Shown piece by piece: positions 1 through 10,397 of a stretch of DNA of 64,000 bases. The stretch comes from Candidatus Levyibacteriota bacterium (GTDB taxonomy: Bacteria; Patescibacteriota; Microgenomatia; Levybacterales; UBA12049): the NCBI GenBank assembly GCA_043807135.1, contig JAZDGF010000001.1, positions 68,573 through 132,572 of the forward strand, in the 5' to 3' direction. The notes under the pieces were generated by a model. That model saw nothing but the letters and a program-made list of their open reading frames with translations, did no database searches and was not told the DNA's origin. The translations under genes were made by a program, and so were the position numbers. Each line of letters opens with the position of its first letter. The stretch's first letter is position 1.

Positions 1-895
1 TTACAATCATTTCTGCAACAAGTTTTGTCCCTTTAGAATAGGCTTGATTAGGGTTTGAAGTCATACCCATTGGTCCATTCCAAACTATTGTTTCTCCTAA
101 AGAAATAATTTGTGCAAAATTTTCCGCACTTTTCTCGGTAATATCTTTTTTTTCTTCTGTTATGTCAGCAACCAGTAAAACCGGTTTTCTACCTATTACT
201 TTTTCGTGTTGCACTTTAAGAAGTACTTTATCTTGTTCTGCAATTTCTCCCCCAACTAAAATATAATCTGCAATTTTATGCATTTTTTCAACAACTGGAA
301 GTTTTGTTTCTATTTTTGCACCACCAATAATAACAACAAGTGGTCTTTTAGGATCCTCTAAAACCTTTGACAATATTTCAATTTCTCTTGCAAGTCTTAA
401 GCCGGCAAAAGAAGGCAAAAACTTAATAATTCCAGTAATAGAAGCATGATTTCTATGAGAAACTGCAAAGGCATCATTTACATAAACATTTGCTAGAAGG
501 GAAAGTTTTTTAGCAAATTCAGGCTCGTTTTTTTCCTCTTCTTCAAAAAAACGTAGATTTTCTAAAAGAGAAATTCTATCTCCTAACATCCAGCCGTTAA
601 ATTCTGAAAACTGTTTTTTTCTAAATTCAGAGTCTTTAATTTTAAGTTCTTTTTTAAACCATTCTGCAACAGGTTTTAAAGAAAAATTTTCTTCTTTTAA
701 AGAACTTGGTCTTCCTAAATGTCCTGCCAGAATTAAAGTTGCATCACTTTCTAATAAAAATTCTATTGTTGCAAGTGCCGCTTTTAGCCTTAAATCATCA
801 ATTATTTTTCCGTTTTCAACTGGAACATCAAGGTCTAATCTGAGAAACACCTTTTTATCCTTTATGTCATCTTTTTGAGGAGTTTTAATTTTCAT
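1..895 (-). CDS. pgk: Phosphoglycerate kinase (runs off window start)
   Basis: Not in ORF track; manual translation from ATG at 895: MKIKTPQKDDIKDKKVFLRLDLDVP..., GHLGRP, LLENLRF, YVNDAFAVSHR.HAS, IIGGAK, VWNGPMG motifs. Confidence 0.95.
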   Translation of the reverse strand, partial: MKIKTPQKDDIKDKKVFLRLDLDVPVENGKIIDDLRLKAALATIEFLLESDATLILAGHLGRPSSLKEENFSLKPVAEWFKKELKIKDSEFRKKQFSEFNGWMLGDRISLLENLRFFEEEEKNEPEFAKKLSLLANVYVNDAFAVSHRNHASITGIIKFLPSFAGLRLAREIEILSKVLEDPKRPLVVIIGGAKIETKLPVVEKMHKIADYILVGGEIAEQDKVLLKVQHEKVIGRKPVLLVADITEEKKDITEKSAENFAQIISLGETIVWNGPMGMTSNPNQAYSKGTKLVAEMIV

Positions 896-926
896 TTTCT
901 TAGTATACCACTAGTTTCATTTCTTT

Positions 927-1943
927 CTAATCCGTGAATTCCTGACAAAACATTTTACCATAAATGCCACCGTCCACAACTCCTACTCCTAGTTTGCCAA
1001 ATTCCGAAGAAAGGATATTTTCTCTGTGTCCTGGACTTTTCATTAACCCGTCCATAGCAATATCTGTGTTCGGCGCCAGGGCTAAATTTTCACCCGCATA
1101 AGTATAGAAAATATCTGCATGGCTCATGCGATCAAACGGTGAGATACCATCCGGAGTATAATGCGAAAAATATCCTCTTGTAAACATATCTGAACAATGC
1201 TTTCTTCCAACTTCTGTTAACTGTTCATTTGTATCAAGAGTGTTTAAATTATATTTTTCTCTTTGCTTATTTACTAAAATATGCATTTTTTCCTCTGCTT
1301 CTTTATCAAGAGAATAATCTTTTAGTTTAAAATTTAAATTAACAACTTCATTACCTGTTGGTTCAATTGTTAAAAAAGCCAAGCTTTCATTAATTGCTCC
1401 TTTAAAAACATTGTTTATATCTTTTGCAATACCACTAGTTGCAACAACTAGTTTATTTCCTATCTGAGAAGTAGATACTGACTTTTTTAAAACAACTGAG
1501 AAAGGTAAAGTAATTATTAAAATGAGTATAAAAGAAATAATTAAAAAACCTGAGAAAACAGATGGAATAATTCCTAAAAATAAATTTGCTTTTTTAAAAA
1601 AACTACTATTCAAGTCAATTTGCTTAGATAATTCTTTAATAATTATTTTTTTAAGAACGAGGCTTGCAAAAATTTCAACAATAAACCCTGCCATAAAAAA
1701 CCCTATGGCATTTGCAAATCCCTGAGGCATTGTAAAAACTAAAACAAGAAGCCCTCCAAAATAATTATAAAAGGAAATGCTTGCTGCAAAAGCCAAAATA
1801 AAACTTGCCAAATCAGATACCGCTTCTAAAAAACCCACTGCATAACCTTCAATAATATAAAAAAGGATTACAATAATTATTAAAAAATCAACCCAGTTAA
1901 GTCCAATATCTTTGATAAAAGAAAGGGGGGAGAAAATATCCAT
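927..1943 (-). CDS. CvpA-family membrane domain fused to CAP/SCP domain
   Basis: N-terminal NWVDFLIIIVILFYIIEGY..GF with 4-5 TM helices; C-terminal CAP motifs YFSH, GENLA, MKSPGHRENIL, GVGV, QEF. Confidence 0.85.
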   Translation of the reverse strand: MDIFSPLSFIKDIGLNWVDFLIIIVILFYIIEGYAVGFLEAVSDLASFILAFAASISFYNYFGGLLVLVFTMPQGFANAIGFFMAGFIVEIFASLVLKKIIIKELSKQIDLNSSFFKKANLFLGIIPSVFSGFLIISFILILIITLPFSVVLKKSVSTSQIGNKLVVATSGIAKDINNVFKGAINESLAFLTIEPTGNEVVNLNFKLKDYSLDKEAEEKMHILVNKQREKYNLNTLDTNEQLTEVGRKHCSDMFTRGYFSHYTPDGISPFDRMSHADIFYTYAGENLALAPNTDIAMDGLMKSPGHRENILSSEFGKLGVGVVDGGIYGKMFCQEFTD

Positions 1944-2010
1944 TGTGAAATTAATTATACAGCAAGTAATTAGTGTTGTCAGGTTTAAAGACGAATGGTA
2001 TTATATTACA

Positions 2011-4194
2011 ATGAAACAAATTATAAAAAAGGGGTTAAAGAAAAAAATCTCATTCTTAAAATACTGGAAAATCCCATTCATTATCATTATCATTTTAGGA
2101 TTACTCTTCTATTTTATTTCAAAAGACCTTCCTTCCCCATCTAAATTAAGTAGCTCTCACACTCCACAGTCTACCCAGATTTTTGATAGAAATGGAAATC
2201 TGCTTTTTAGTATTTATCGAGAAAGAGATCAAATCAATGTTCCACTTTCAACTATTCCAAAGCAAATGCAACAAGCAACTATCGCAATTGAAGACCGCAA
2301 TTTTTATAACCATGGGGCAATTGATTTAAGGGGAATTGCCAGAGCTTTTGTATTCACTGTTTTTCGTAAACAAATTCAAGGAGGATCTACTCTTACTCAA
2401 CAGCTTGTAAAAAATAGTCTTTTAACGCCTGAAAGGACAATTATCAGAAAAGTTAAAGAAATTATACTCGCCTATGCAACCGAGCTCCTATATTCCAAAG
2501 ATAAAATTTTAGAAATGTACTTAAATCAAACTCCATACGGAGGAACTGCTTGGGGTATTGAAGCAGCTTCTCAAACATATTTTGGAAAACATGCAAAAGA
2601 TCTGACTCTTTCGGAAAGTGCACTTCTCTCAGGTCTTCCTGAAGCACCAACTACGTTTTCTCCTTTTGGAGCCCATCCTGAACTTGCCAAGAAAAGACAA
2701 AAACAAGTCTTAGAAGCAATGACTGAAGAAGGATATATCACCAAAGAACAAGCCTCAAAAGCTTATGACGAACCTTTGAATTACAAAAGATTTGCAAGCG
2801 AAATTAAAGCTCCCCATTTTGTCTTATATGTTAAAGATCTTCTTATAAAAAAATACGGTGAAAAAACAATTGAAGAAGGAGGATTAAGAGTTATTACCAG
2901 TTTGGATTTAGATATTCAAAACTATACTCAAGACACAGTTGCATCTGAAGTTGCAAAACTCAAGAGATATAATGCTAGTAATGGATCTGCTATGGTAGCT
3001 GATCCCGCAACAGGAGAAATTTTAGCCATGGCAGGAAGTAGAGATTATTTTGATAAAAATATTGATGGAAACGTTAATGTAACAATTGCTCACAGGCAAC
3101 CAGGATCATCAATAAAGCCAATTAATTATGCAACAGGACTTATTCAGGGATACACTGCAGCAACTCCTTTTATAGATGAAAAAACCTGTTTTCCAAACCA
3201 AGGAGGAAAACTATATTGCCCTGTAAATTATGATGGGAAATTTCATGGAGTTGTGCAAATGCGTTACGCTTTAGGCAACTCTTTTAATATTCCTGCTGTA
3301 AAAATGCTTAAGGCAAATACGATTCCTTCAATGATTGCTACTGCGTCTGCTATGGGAATTACTACTTTTACTAATTCTGAGAATTACGGACTTTCCTTAA
3401 CTTTAGGAGGAGGAGAGGTTACCATGCTTGATATGGTTCAATCCTTTGGGGTGTTTGCAAACGGAGGATATAGAATTGATCTTCACCCTATTTTAAAAAT
3501 TACTAACAGAAATGGTAAAATTCTTGAAGAATATAAGCCTCCCAAAAGCCCAATTTTTGGTAAAAAAATTCTTCCCCCTGGAGTTTCTTTTATCATCTCT
3601 GATATTTTGGCTGATAACAATGCCAGACTTACCGAGTTTGGATCAAACTCTGCATTAAGAATTCCCAAAAAAACTGTTTCTGTAAAAACCGGAACCACTA
3701 ATGATTTCAGAGACAATTGGACTATTGGCTATACTCCTTCTTTTGTAGTTGCCTCTTGGGTTGGTAATAATAATAATGATCCAATGAATGGGCTTGCATC
3801 AGGCGTTACCGGAGCTGCTCCAATTTGGAATCAAATAATGTCTCATTTATTAGAAGATAGGCCTGATGAGCCAATGCAAAAACCGCCTGATGTTATTCAA
3901 AAATCTATTTGTGCTCTTACCGGTTCTCTTCCTTCCAAGAATAACGAATCTCAAGAGGAAAATCAGCAAGTATGCCAAACAAGATTTGAATATTTTATTA
4001 AAGGAACTGAAAAAAATCAATCCGGTATAAAAAACGAACAAGTATGGGTAGATAAGGATACTCAAGCAATTCCCCCAAAAGGACAAACTGATAACCTTGA
4101 GTTAAAAGATGCACAAATTATTATTGATGTAACAGGAGATCGTTATTGTTTAAATTGTGCTCATCCCGAGTCTTCTCCTACTCCAATTCTTTAA
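2011..4194 (+). CDS. Class A penicillin-binding protein (transglycosylase-transpeptidase), copy 1
   Basis: EDRNFYNH, GGSTLTQQLVKN, RKVKE, YLN; SxxK (GSSIK), SxN (SFN), KTG. ATG at 2011 preferred (TATTAT -10 element 6 nt upstream) over 1912. Confidence 0.95.
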   Translation: MKQIIKKGLKKKISFLKYWKIPFIIIIILGLLFYFISKDLPSPSKLSSSHTPQSTQIFDRNGNLLFSIYRERDQINVPLSTIPKQMQQATIAIEDRNFYNHGAIDLRGIARAFVFTVFRKQIQGGSTLTQQLVKNSLLTPERTIIRKVKEIILAYATELLYSKDKILEMYLNQTPYGGTAWGIEAASQTYFGKHAKDLTLSESALLSGLPEAPTTFSPFGAHPELAKKRQKQVLEAMTEEGYITKEQASKAYDEPLNYKRFASEIKAPHFVLYVKDLLIKKYGEKTIEEGGLRVITSLDLDIQNYTQDTVASEVAKLKRYNASNGSAMVADPATGEILAMAGSRDYFDKNIDGNVNVTIAHRQPGSSIKPINYATGLIQGYTAATPFIDEKTCFPNQGGKLYCPVNYDGKFHGVVQMRYALGNSFNIPAVKMLKANTIPSMIATASAMGITTFTNSENYGLSLTLGGGEVTMLDMVQSFGVFANGGYRIDLHPILKITNRNGKILEEYKPPKSPIFGKKILPPGVSFIISDILADNNARLTEFGSNSALRIPKKTVSVKTGTTNDFRDNWTIGYTPSFVVASWVGNNNNDPMNGLASGVTGAAPIWNQIMSHLLEDRPDEPMQKPPDVIQKSICALTGSLPSKNNESQEENQQVCQTRFEYFIKGTEKNQSGIKNEQVWVDKDTQAIPPKGQTDNLELKDAQIIIDVTGDRYCLNCAHPESSPTPIL

Positions 4195-4286
4195 TTTTAA
4201 TTTGCCTCTTTAAAAAAAGAGCTTTTAATAGTATAATTTGACCATTATCCTTATCCCATAGAACTTATCTTCTGTCCTAATTATTT

Positions 4287-6695
4287 ATGGAACTTGTTTT
4301 AGATATTATTGTTTTCATTATAAAAACTCTAATTAAAATTGGAGATTTTATTATTCACGCTCTTTTTATTGTTAAAGAATTTATTAAGAGAATGTTTTTT
4401 TATTTTAAGAAAATGTTTTCCGTTACCGAAAATACGGAAAAAAGGATTATTATAGATAACAAAACCAGACTTACAAGAAGAAGGGTTAAGTTTCGTTTTT
4501 TTTATAAACAGAGATTATTTAAAACAGAACTATTTTTTTATAAATTACAAAAGGAGTTAAAAAAACTTCCCAGATTAATTTTTCGTAAAATTACCTCCGT
4601 TAAAAAATCAATTTTTATCTTCTTTTCTCAAGTTAAATTTATCCTAACGGAAAACACCTATAGTCTTGCAAGATCAAGTCTTAAAAGGAGGAAAATGAAA
4701 AAATATAAAAAAATGGTTTCTTTCCCAACTCCTTTTACTGTTAAATTTAAATATTTCTTTATTGGAACAATTTTTTCTTTAATCTTCATTTTTGTTCCAG
4801 TTCTTCTTATTGTTTTTCTAACAAGCATTCCAAGCCCTAATGAACTAACTTCTCGAGAAATTGCACAAACAACTAAAATTTACGATCGAAATGGTATTCT
4901 TTTGTACCAAATTTATGCAAATCAAAATCGCACGTTAGTTCCTCTTTCTTCTATTCCTAGATATCTAAAAGAAGCATCTATTGCAATTGAAGATAAAGAT
5001 TTTTATAATAATCCCGGTTTTGATATTATGGCAATAACAAGAGCTGCTATTGCAGACCTTTCTGGAGAGCCTTTACAAGGAGGGTCAACTATCACCCAGC
5101 AGCTTATTAAATCAACGCTTTTAACTCCGGAGAAAAGTATCAGCAGAAAAGTAAAAGAGGTTATTTTAGCTTTTTGGTCTGAAAGAATTTATAGTAAGGA
5201 TCAAATTCTAGAAATGTATTTAAATCAAGTGCCTTACGGAGGGACTGCATGGGGAGTAGGAGCTGCATCAGAGGTTTATTTTGGAAAACATGTTAAAGAT
5301 ATTTCTTTGGCAGAATCTGCCTTTTTAGCAGGCTTGCCCCGTGCTCCGAGTATTTATACTCCTTACGGTGGCCACCCAGATCTTTGGAAGAAAAGACAGA
5401 AGGAAGTTTTAGCTCGGATGAAAGAACTTGGCTATGTTACAGAGGAGCAAAGAAAGCAAGCAGAAGAAGAGCAACTTGTTTTTCTTACTCCACAAACCCC
5501 AATCTATGCACCTCATTTTGTTATGCACGTCAAGGATTTTTTAATTAAAAAGTATGGACTTCCTATGGTTGAAAAAGGTGGTTTAGCAGTAACAACTAGC
5601 CTTGATTTAAAACTTCAGGATCAAGCTCAAAAAATTGTAACTGATGAAGTAATAAAAGAAGGAGAAATGTTTAATTTCAGTAATGCCGCAGCTTTAATAA
5701 CAAATCCTAAAAACGGCGATATCTTAGCTATGGTAGGAAGTGAAAACTATGATAACCCAAACGGTGGAAACGTTAATTTAACAACTTCTCTTCGCCAGCC
5801 TGGATCAAGTATAAAAATAGTTACTTATAGTGCTGCTCTTTCAAATGGTTTTACTTCGGCAACTATCTTAGATGACTCACCCATTACTTATACAAACCCA
5901 TGGGGATCATATTCTCCTGTAAATTATGATGGAAGATTTCATGGAAGAGTTCCTTTAAGAATTGCTTTTGCAAATTCTTTTAATATTCCTGCAGTTAAAA
6001 CTTTAAATAAAATTAGCATTCCAATAATGATTGAGACAGCGAGTAAAATGGGAATAACTACCTGGAATGATCCTGGTAAATACGGGTTATCTCTAACACT
6101 TGGTGCTGCTGAAACAAAAATGACTGATATGGCAACTGTTTACGGAACTGTTGCAAACAGTGGAAGACGAGTTGATCTTAATCCAATAATTAAGATTACG
6201 GATTATAGAGGAAATATTATCGAGGAAAAAAAGGAAGTAGTTGGCAAACAAGTCTTAGATGAAGGAATTGCTTTTATTATTTCAAATATTCTTTCTGATA
6301 ACAAAGCAAGATCTATTGAATTTGGGATAAATTCTGCATTAAACATTCCAAACCATACTGTTTCTGTAAAAACTGGAACCTCGGATAATAAAAGAGATAA
6401 CTGGACATTTGGCTTTACTCCTTCTTTTGTGGTAGGTGTTTGGGTCGGAAACAACAATAATCAACCTATGAATCAAACACTTGCTTCAGGAATTACCGGA
6501 GCTGCTCCAATCTGGAATCAAATAACAACTGCTCTTCTCTCTAATTCCCTTTCTGAAAAAATAGAAATTCCTGAAAATATTGTTACAAAACCTTGCAATG
6601 GTTATTTGGAGTATTTTGTTGCAGGAACTGAAAATTCTGCTTCTTGCAACTTTCGCTTTGCAAGTCCAAGTGCAAGACTAGTTCCTTCTTATTAA
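4287..6695 (+). CDS. Class A penicillin-binding protein, copy 2, with long basic N-terminal extension
   Basis: EDKDFY, GGSTITQQLIK, RKVKE, GSSIK, SFN, KTGT motifs; about 150 aa K/F-rich region before the TM anchor; start uncertain. Confidence 0.93.
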   Translation: MELVLDIIVFIIKTLIKIGDFIIHALFIVKEFIKRMFFYFKKMFSVTENTEKRIIIDNKTRLTRRRVKFRFFYKQRLFKTELFFYKLQKELKKLPRLIFRKITSVKKSIFIFFSQVKFILTENTYSLARSSLKRRKMKKYKKMVSFPTPFTVKFKYFFIGTIFSLIFIFVPVLLIVFLTSIPSPNELTSREIAQTTKIYDRNGILLYQIYANQNRTLVPLSSIPRYLKEASIAIEDKDFYNNPGFDIMAITRAAIADLSGEPLQGGSTITQQLIKSTLLTPEKSISRKVKEVILAFWSERIYSKDQILEMYLNQVPYGGTAWGVGAASEVYFGKHVKDISLAESAFLAGLPRAPSIYTPYGGHPDLWKKRQKEVLARMKELGYVTEEQRKQAEEEQLVFLTPQTPIYAPHFVMHVKDFLIKKYGLPMVEKGGLAVTTSLDLKLQDQAQKIVTDEVIKEGEMFNFSNAAALITNPKNGDILAMVGSENYDNPNGGNVNLTTSLRQPGSSIKIVTYSAALSNGFTSATILDDSPITYTNPWGSYSPVNYDGRFHGRVPLRIAFANSFNIPAVKTLNKISIPIMIETASKMGITTWNDPGKYGLSLTLGAAETKMTDMATVYGTVANSGRRVDLNPIIKITDYRGNIIEEKKEVVGKQVLDEGIAFIISNILSDNKARSIEFGINSALNIPNHTVSVKTGTSDNKRDNWTFGFTPSFVVGVWVGNNNNQPMNQTLASGITGAAPIWNQITTALLSNSLSEKIEIPENIVTKPCNGYLEYFVAGTENSASCNFRFASPSARLVPSY

Positions 6696-7331
6696 ATCTT
6701 TAAGTTCTTGGTACTGATTAATTGGGTTTTCTCTAAAAATGAAACTGGTCGCGACAAATCTTTCCACGCCTATATTTTTTGAGAGGACAATTGTTTTATC
6801 ATTAATTCCCCCATCCACTTCTATAACCGGTTTTTTAAGTATTTTTTCTTCTTCAAATCTTTTTTTTAGTGCTTTTATTTTTTCAAGGTTAACAGGCATA
6901 AATTCCTGATCTGAAAAACCTGCTTTTATTGTCATAATTAAAATTGCGTCTAGATCCTCCAAGTTAACTTTCAGAGAATCTATTGAAGTAGGATTATCAA
7001 TTGCAAGACCTACTTCTCCGAGTAATTGTCCCTGAGCAACAAATTCCTCCTGACTTGACATTTTTTCAACATGCCCTAAAAAACGCTTAAACCCAGCTTT
7101 CGCAAATGGTTTTAGAAAATCTAGGGGTTCTTCAACCATCATATGAAGTTCTAAAAATAGACTATCAGAATATTTTAAAAAGGGATTAGGATCTAAAAAA
7201 GTTTTATTTGGTGCAAATTTTCCGTCAATAATATCAATATGTATTTTATTGGTAAAAGTTTTAACTGTTTCAATTTTCTTTTGAATACTCTCCCAATCTT
7301 TCTCTAAAATTCCAGGGATAATGTTACACAT
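6678..7331 (-). CDS. rpe: Ribulose-phosphate 3-epimerase
   Basis: HIDIIDG.FAPN, LELHMMV, EVDGGI motifs. Confidence 0.92.
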   Translation of the reverse strand: MCNIIPGILEKDWESIQKKIETVKTFTNKIHIDIIDGKFAPNKTFLDPNPFLKYSDSLFLELHMMVEEPLDFLKPFAKAGFKRFLGHVEKMSSQEEFVAQGQLLGEVGLAIDNPTSIDSLKVNLEDLDAILIMTIKAGFSDQEFMPVNLEKIKALKKRFEEEKILKKPVIEVDGGINDKTIVLSKNIGVERFVATSFIFRENPINQYQELKDLIRRN

Positions 7332-7336
7332 AATTG

Positions 7337-7783
7337 TTATGAATTTTCTATTTCACTAATCTTATTTATTCTTCTAATATGTCTTTCTTCATTTGTAAAA
7401 GGAGTGTTTACAAAAAGTTTTATTAGCTCTTTTGCATCCTCTAAGGAAACAAAATCTGAACCAAGAGAGAGAACATTGGCGTTATTATGTTCCCTTGCTA
7501 ATCTAATATTATCTCTATTAAAACCAAGGGCAGCTCTTACACCTTTTATCTTATTTGCAGCAATTTGCTCTCCTTGTCCGGATTTTCCTAAAACTACCGC
7601 AAAGCTCCCTGGATTTTGAACTACTTTTTCTGCTGCAATTTTTATAAAATCAGGGTAATCATCGTTTTTATCAAATGTAAAAGCACCACAGTCTTCAATC
7701 TCAAATCCTTCATCTTTAAGATATTCTTTAAGCTTTTCTTTTAAATCAAAAGCGCCATGATCAGTTGCTAGATAAATTTTCAT
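7337..7783 (-). CDS. rpiB: Ribose-5-phosphate isomerase B
   Basis: ATDHGA, DYPD, G.SGQGEQIAANKIKGVRAA, AREHNNANVL, RH.RRI. Confidence 0.93.
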   Translation of the reverse strand: MKIYLATDHGAFDLKEKLKEYLKDEGFEIEDCGAFTFDKNDDYPDFIKIAAEKVVQNPGSFAVVLGKSGQGEQIAANKIKGVRAALGFNRDNIRLAREHNNANVLSLGSDFVSLEDAKELIKLFVNTPFTNEERHIRRINKISEIENS

Positions 7784-8685
7784 TTCTCTTTTCCTCTAAA
7801 AATATTAGTAAAATAAGTAAAGTTTTCACTTATTTTATGAATTGTTTCTTCTTTTGTAATTTTTCCCGATTTCAAATCTAAAAGTGGTTGCCAAAAAATA
7901 GTTCTCCCCACTGCAAAACCGATTATTCCTTTTACCTCTCTTGCAATTTTTATCCACCTTTCAACTTCTTCCCGCTCTTGCCCTCCTCCTAACACTATAA
8001 CTCCTACTTGATCTCTTTTCTCTCTTGTTGCAATTTTTACAATTTCTTCATAGCCCGTTCTGCTTTCTGTTCCTTCAAGCTTCCAAACATCCGGCTCAAT
8101 ACCTGAGTTTTGTAATTCTTCAATTGCTCTTGCTGCTAAAAATGGTCTTTGGGAGTTAATATATTCTTTTTTGCTTCCGTTTGCTTTTAATAATTGTTCT
8201 TTTGTAGCAATAACTAAAACTTCAAGTAAAAATTTATTGTTTTTACCCGCGCAATAGTCACTTAACTTTTTAAGCTTTTCTTGCTGTCTTTTTTTTGAAA
8301 GATTGTCATCATCTGGATTATAGCGGATCAAAACCTTTACAAAAGAAGGATTATACTTTTCAATGTGGTTTTCAAAATCATCATATTCAAAGGTGAATTC
8401 TTTTTGCCCACTTTTCTCAACTGTTAAAATAATGTTTATTCCATTTAAGCTTGCGTCTTTTAATATTTCATCTCCAAATTCTTCATCAATTAAGATTGCA
8501 GCATTTTCTTTAGGAACTTTTTCCTTAATTGCTTTTTTAAAAGCTTGATAAATAATCTTTTTTTGAGAAATGATATAATCCTTGTCTTCTGGAGTTAAAC
8601 TTCCTTCTTTGCCTAATAATTTTTTAACAAAAGATCCTCTATGATCAAAGGGGAGAATAAAAAGATTTTTTGTGTATCCTGGCAT
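7780..8685 (-). CDS. DUF2090 family class I aldolase-like protein (IolC C-terminal-like)
   Basis: LPFDHRGSF, EKSGQ, KVLIRYNP, FLLE, PDVWKLEG, VLG, GFAVGRTIF. Confidence 0.85.
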   Translation of the reverse strand: MPGYTKNLFILPFDHRGSFVKKLLGKEGSLTPEDKDYIISQKKIIYQAFKKAIKEKVPKENAAILIDEEFGDEILKDASLNGINIILTVEKSGQKEFTFEYDDFENHIEKYNPSFVKVLIRYNPDDDNLSKKRQQEKLKKLSDYCAGKNNKFLLEVLVIATKEQLLKANGSKKEYINSQRPFLAARAIEELQNSGIEPDVWKLEGTESRTGYEEIVKIATREKRDQVGVIVLGGGQEREEVERWIKIAREVKGIIGFAVGRTIFWQPLLDLKSGKITKEETIHKISENFTYFTNIFRGKEK

Positions 8686-8687
8686 AT

Positions 8688-9635
8688 TTAGACTTTTTCA
8701 ATTTCTTCTCTTGTTAATAAACCTACTTGTCCACCAGGCTGAAGAACTGTTGCACTTGCATTTAAAGTTCCCCAGCGCATTGCCCTTGGCAAACCAAGGT
8801 TAAGCATATATGCTGCTAGAAATCCGCTTGAATAAGCATCGCCCGCTCCGGTTCTTTCAACTGAATTATCTTCAACTTTTTTATCTTCAAAATAATTATT
8901 TGTTTCATCTAAGGAATATGATCCGTTTAATCCATTTGTTATAACAACTATTTCTGGACCTAATCTTTTTAGATCTGTTAAAAGCTCTTTAATATCTTTT
9001 CTCTCTTTATTTAATATTTTCTCTGCTTCCTCTTTATTTACAATTAAAACTTCTGTTTCTTCTAAGACATCTTTTACTTTTTCATACCCTGCATCAAGCT
9101 GTCTTGTACCGGGATTAAAAACAAGTTTTGCCTCAGAATCTTTAACAAGTTTAAGTGTGTCTTGATAAGCTTTTTCCCATTTTTTCCCAAGAGAGGTTAA
9201 GTATATCCATTTAGTTTTTAAGTTATTAAAATTAAAATTATGCTCTTTTTCAACATCTTCTGAAAAAATTGTTCTTTCTTTTCTATAGGTAAAAATGATT
9301 GAGATTGCCGAAGGAGTATTTTTTCTTTGGTTTATATGCGAGCAGTCTATGTTTTCTTTTTTTAAACCGTTTAGTATTTTTTCTCCAAATTCATCCTTAC
9401 CAATCTCTGAAAAAACTGCAATCTTAAAACCCAATTTACTAAGACCTACCCCCACGTTTGCCGCATTTCCACCTAAAGCAAATTTAACTCTGTCAACTAT
9501 TGTTTTGTCTCCCAAACGAATACAGAGTTCTTTTGTTTTTTCTTCCATTCGAAAGTGTTTGTTTGTGCTACTGATTGTAAAAAAGATATCGATTGTAGAA
9601 TTACCAATGGTTACTACATCAAAAGAGGGATTCAT
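8688..9635 (-). CDS. PfkB-family carbohydrate kinase
   Basis: GGNAANV.VGLSKLG, FNPG, VNKEEA, ERTGAGDAYSSGF; start placed at ATG 9635 (TATTAT 6 nt upstream). Confidence 0.92.
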   Translation of the reverse strand: MNPSFDVVTIGNSTIDIFFTISSTNKHFRMEEKTKELCIRLGDKTIVDRVKFALGGNAANVGVGLSKLGFKIAVFSEIGKDEFGEKILNGLKKENIDCSHINQRKNTPSAISIIFTYRKERTIFSEDVEKEHNFNFNNLKTKWIYLTSLGKKWEKAYQDTLKLVKDSEAKLVFNPGTRQLDAGYEKVKDVLEETEVLIVNKEEAEKILNKERKDIKELLTDLKRLGPEIVVITNGLNGSYSLDETNNYFEDKKVEDNSVERTGAGDAYSSGFLAAYMLNLGLPRAMRWGTLNASATVLQPGGQVGLLTREEIEKV

Positions 9636-9690
9636 GAATTTATAATATACAAACAAGGAGATTTAATCAATGGCTCTGATTCATCTAGGC

Positions 9691-10284
9691 TTATTTTCCT
9701 ATAATAATCAGAGCATCTGCTGAAGAGCTTGCGGAAAGATCAGAAAAGGTTGCTCCAATTGTATATTCTTCTCCTAAATCTTTTTTCAAAAGTTCAAGAT
9801 ATTTTGAACTACCACTTTTTACTTTAATAGTTAAATTTTCATAATCAAACTTATCTGCATTTCCTGTAGAAGTAATCTTATAGCCAAGACCTTTTAACAA
9901 GCTTGTTGCTTTTCCGGCTACCCCTGCCACTCCGCTTCCGTTTTCAACGCTAATTGAAAGTTCTGATCTATCAATCCCACTTTCTTTATCCACCGGGTTT
10001 GAAGTTGGTTTTAAAGTAGGTTCTTTTGTTGGTTCATCTGTTGGCGAAGTCTCAGGTGCTAGTGACTCCTCAGGAGGACTGGTTGGAAATTGAAATTCGG
10101 TTGGTGTTGGAGTTGGTTCTATTTTTTCTTCTGAAGAACCGCCAAAAAAAGAACGTGATATTGCAAATATGATTAAAAGAAGTATTACCACTGCAACAAT
10201 TAAGAAAATTGCTCGCGAAGGCAATCGCTTCTTAGGGCGAGGATTTATATTTAAGGAAGTTTCCCCAAGATTTAAATCTTCCAT
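9691..10284 (-). CDS. Membrane-anchored LytR C-terminal domain protein
   Basis: One TM helix, P/T-rich linker, then SVENGSGVAGVAGK...GY.I...GNAD...IIIGK; start at ATG 10284 likely. Confidence 0.85.
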   Translation of the reverse strand: MEDLNLGETSLNINPRPKKRLPSRAIFLIVAVVILLLIIFAISRSFFGGSSEEKIEPTPTPTEFQFPTSPPEESLAPETSPTDEPTKEPTLKPTSNPVDKESGIDRSELSISVENGSGVAGVAGKATSLLKGLGYKITSTGNADKFDYENLTIKVKSGSSKYLELLKKDLGEEYTIGATFSDLSASSSADALIIIGK

Positions 10285-10397
10285 GATTACCCATAGTATA
10301 ACATATAAAGTCCAGTTTTCAAGCACATTCTCAAAAATAGAAAATAAGCAATCCTTTGAACAAAAATTGCGCTGTTTTGTTATAATTAACAAAACTT

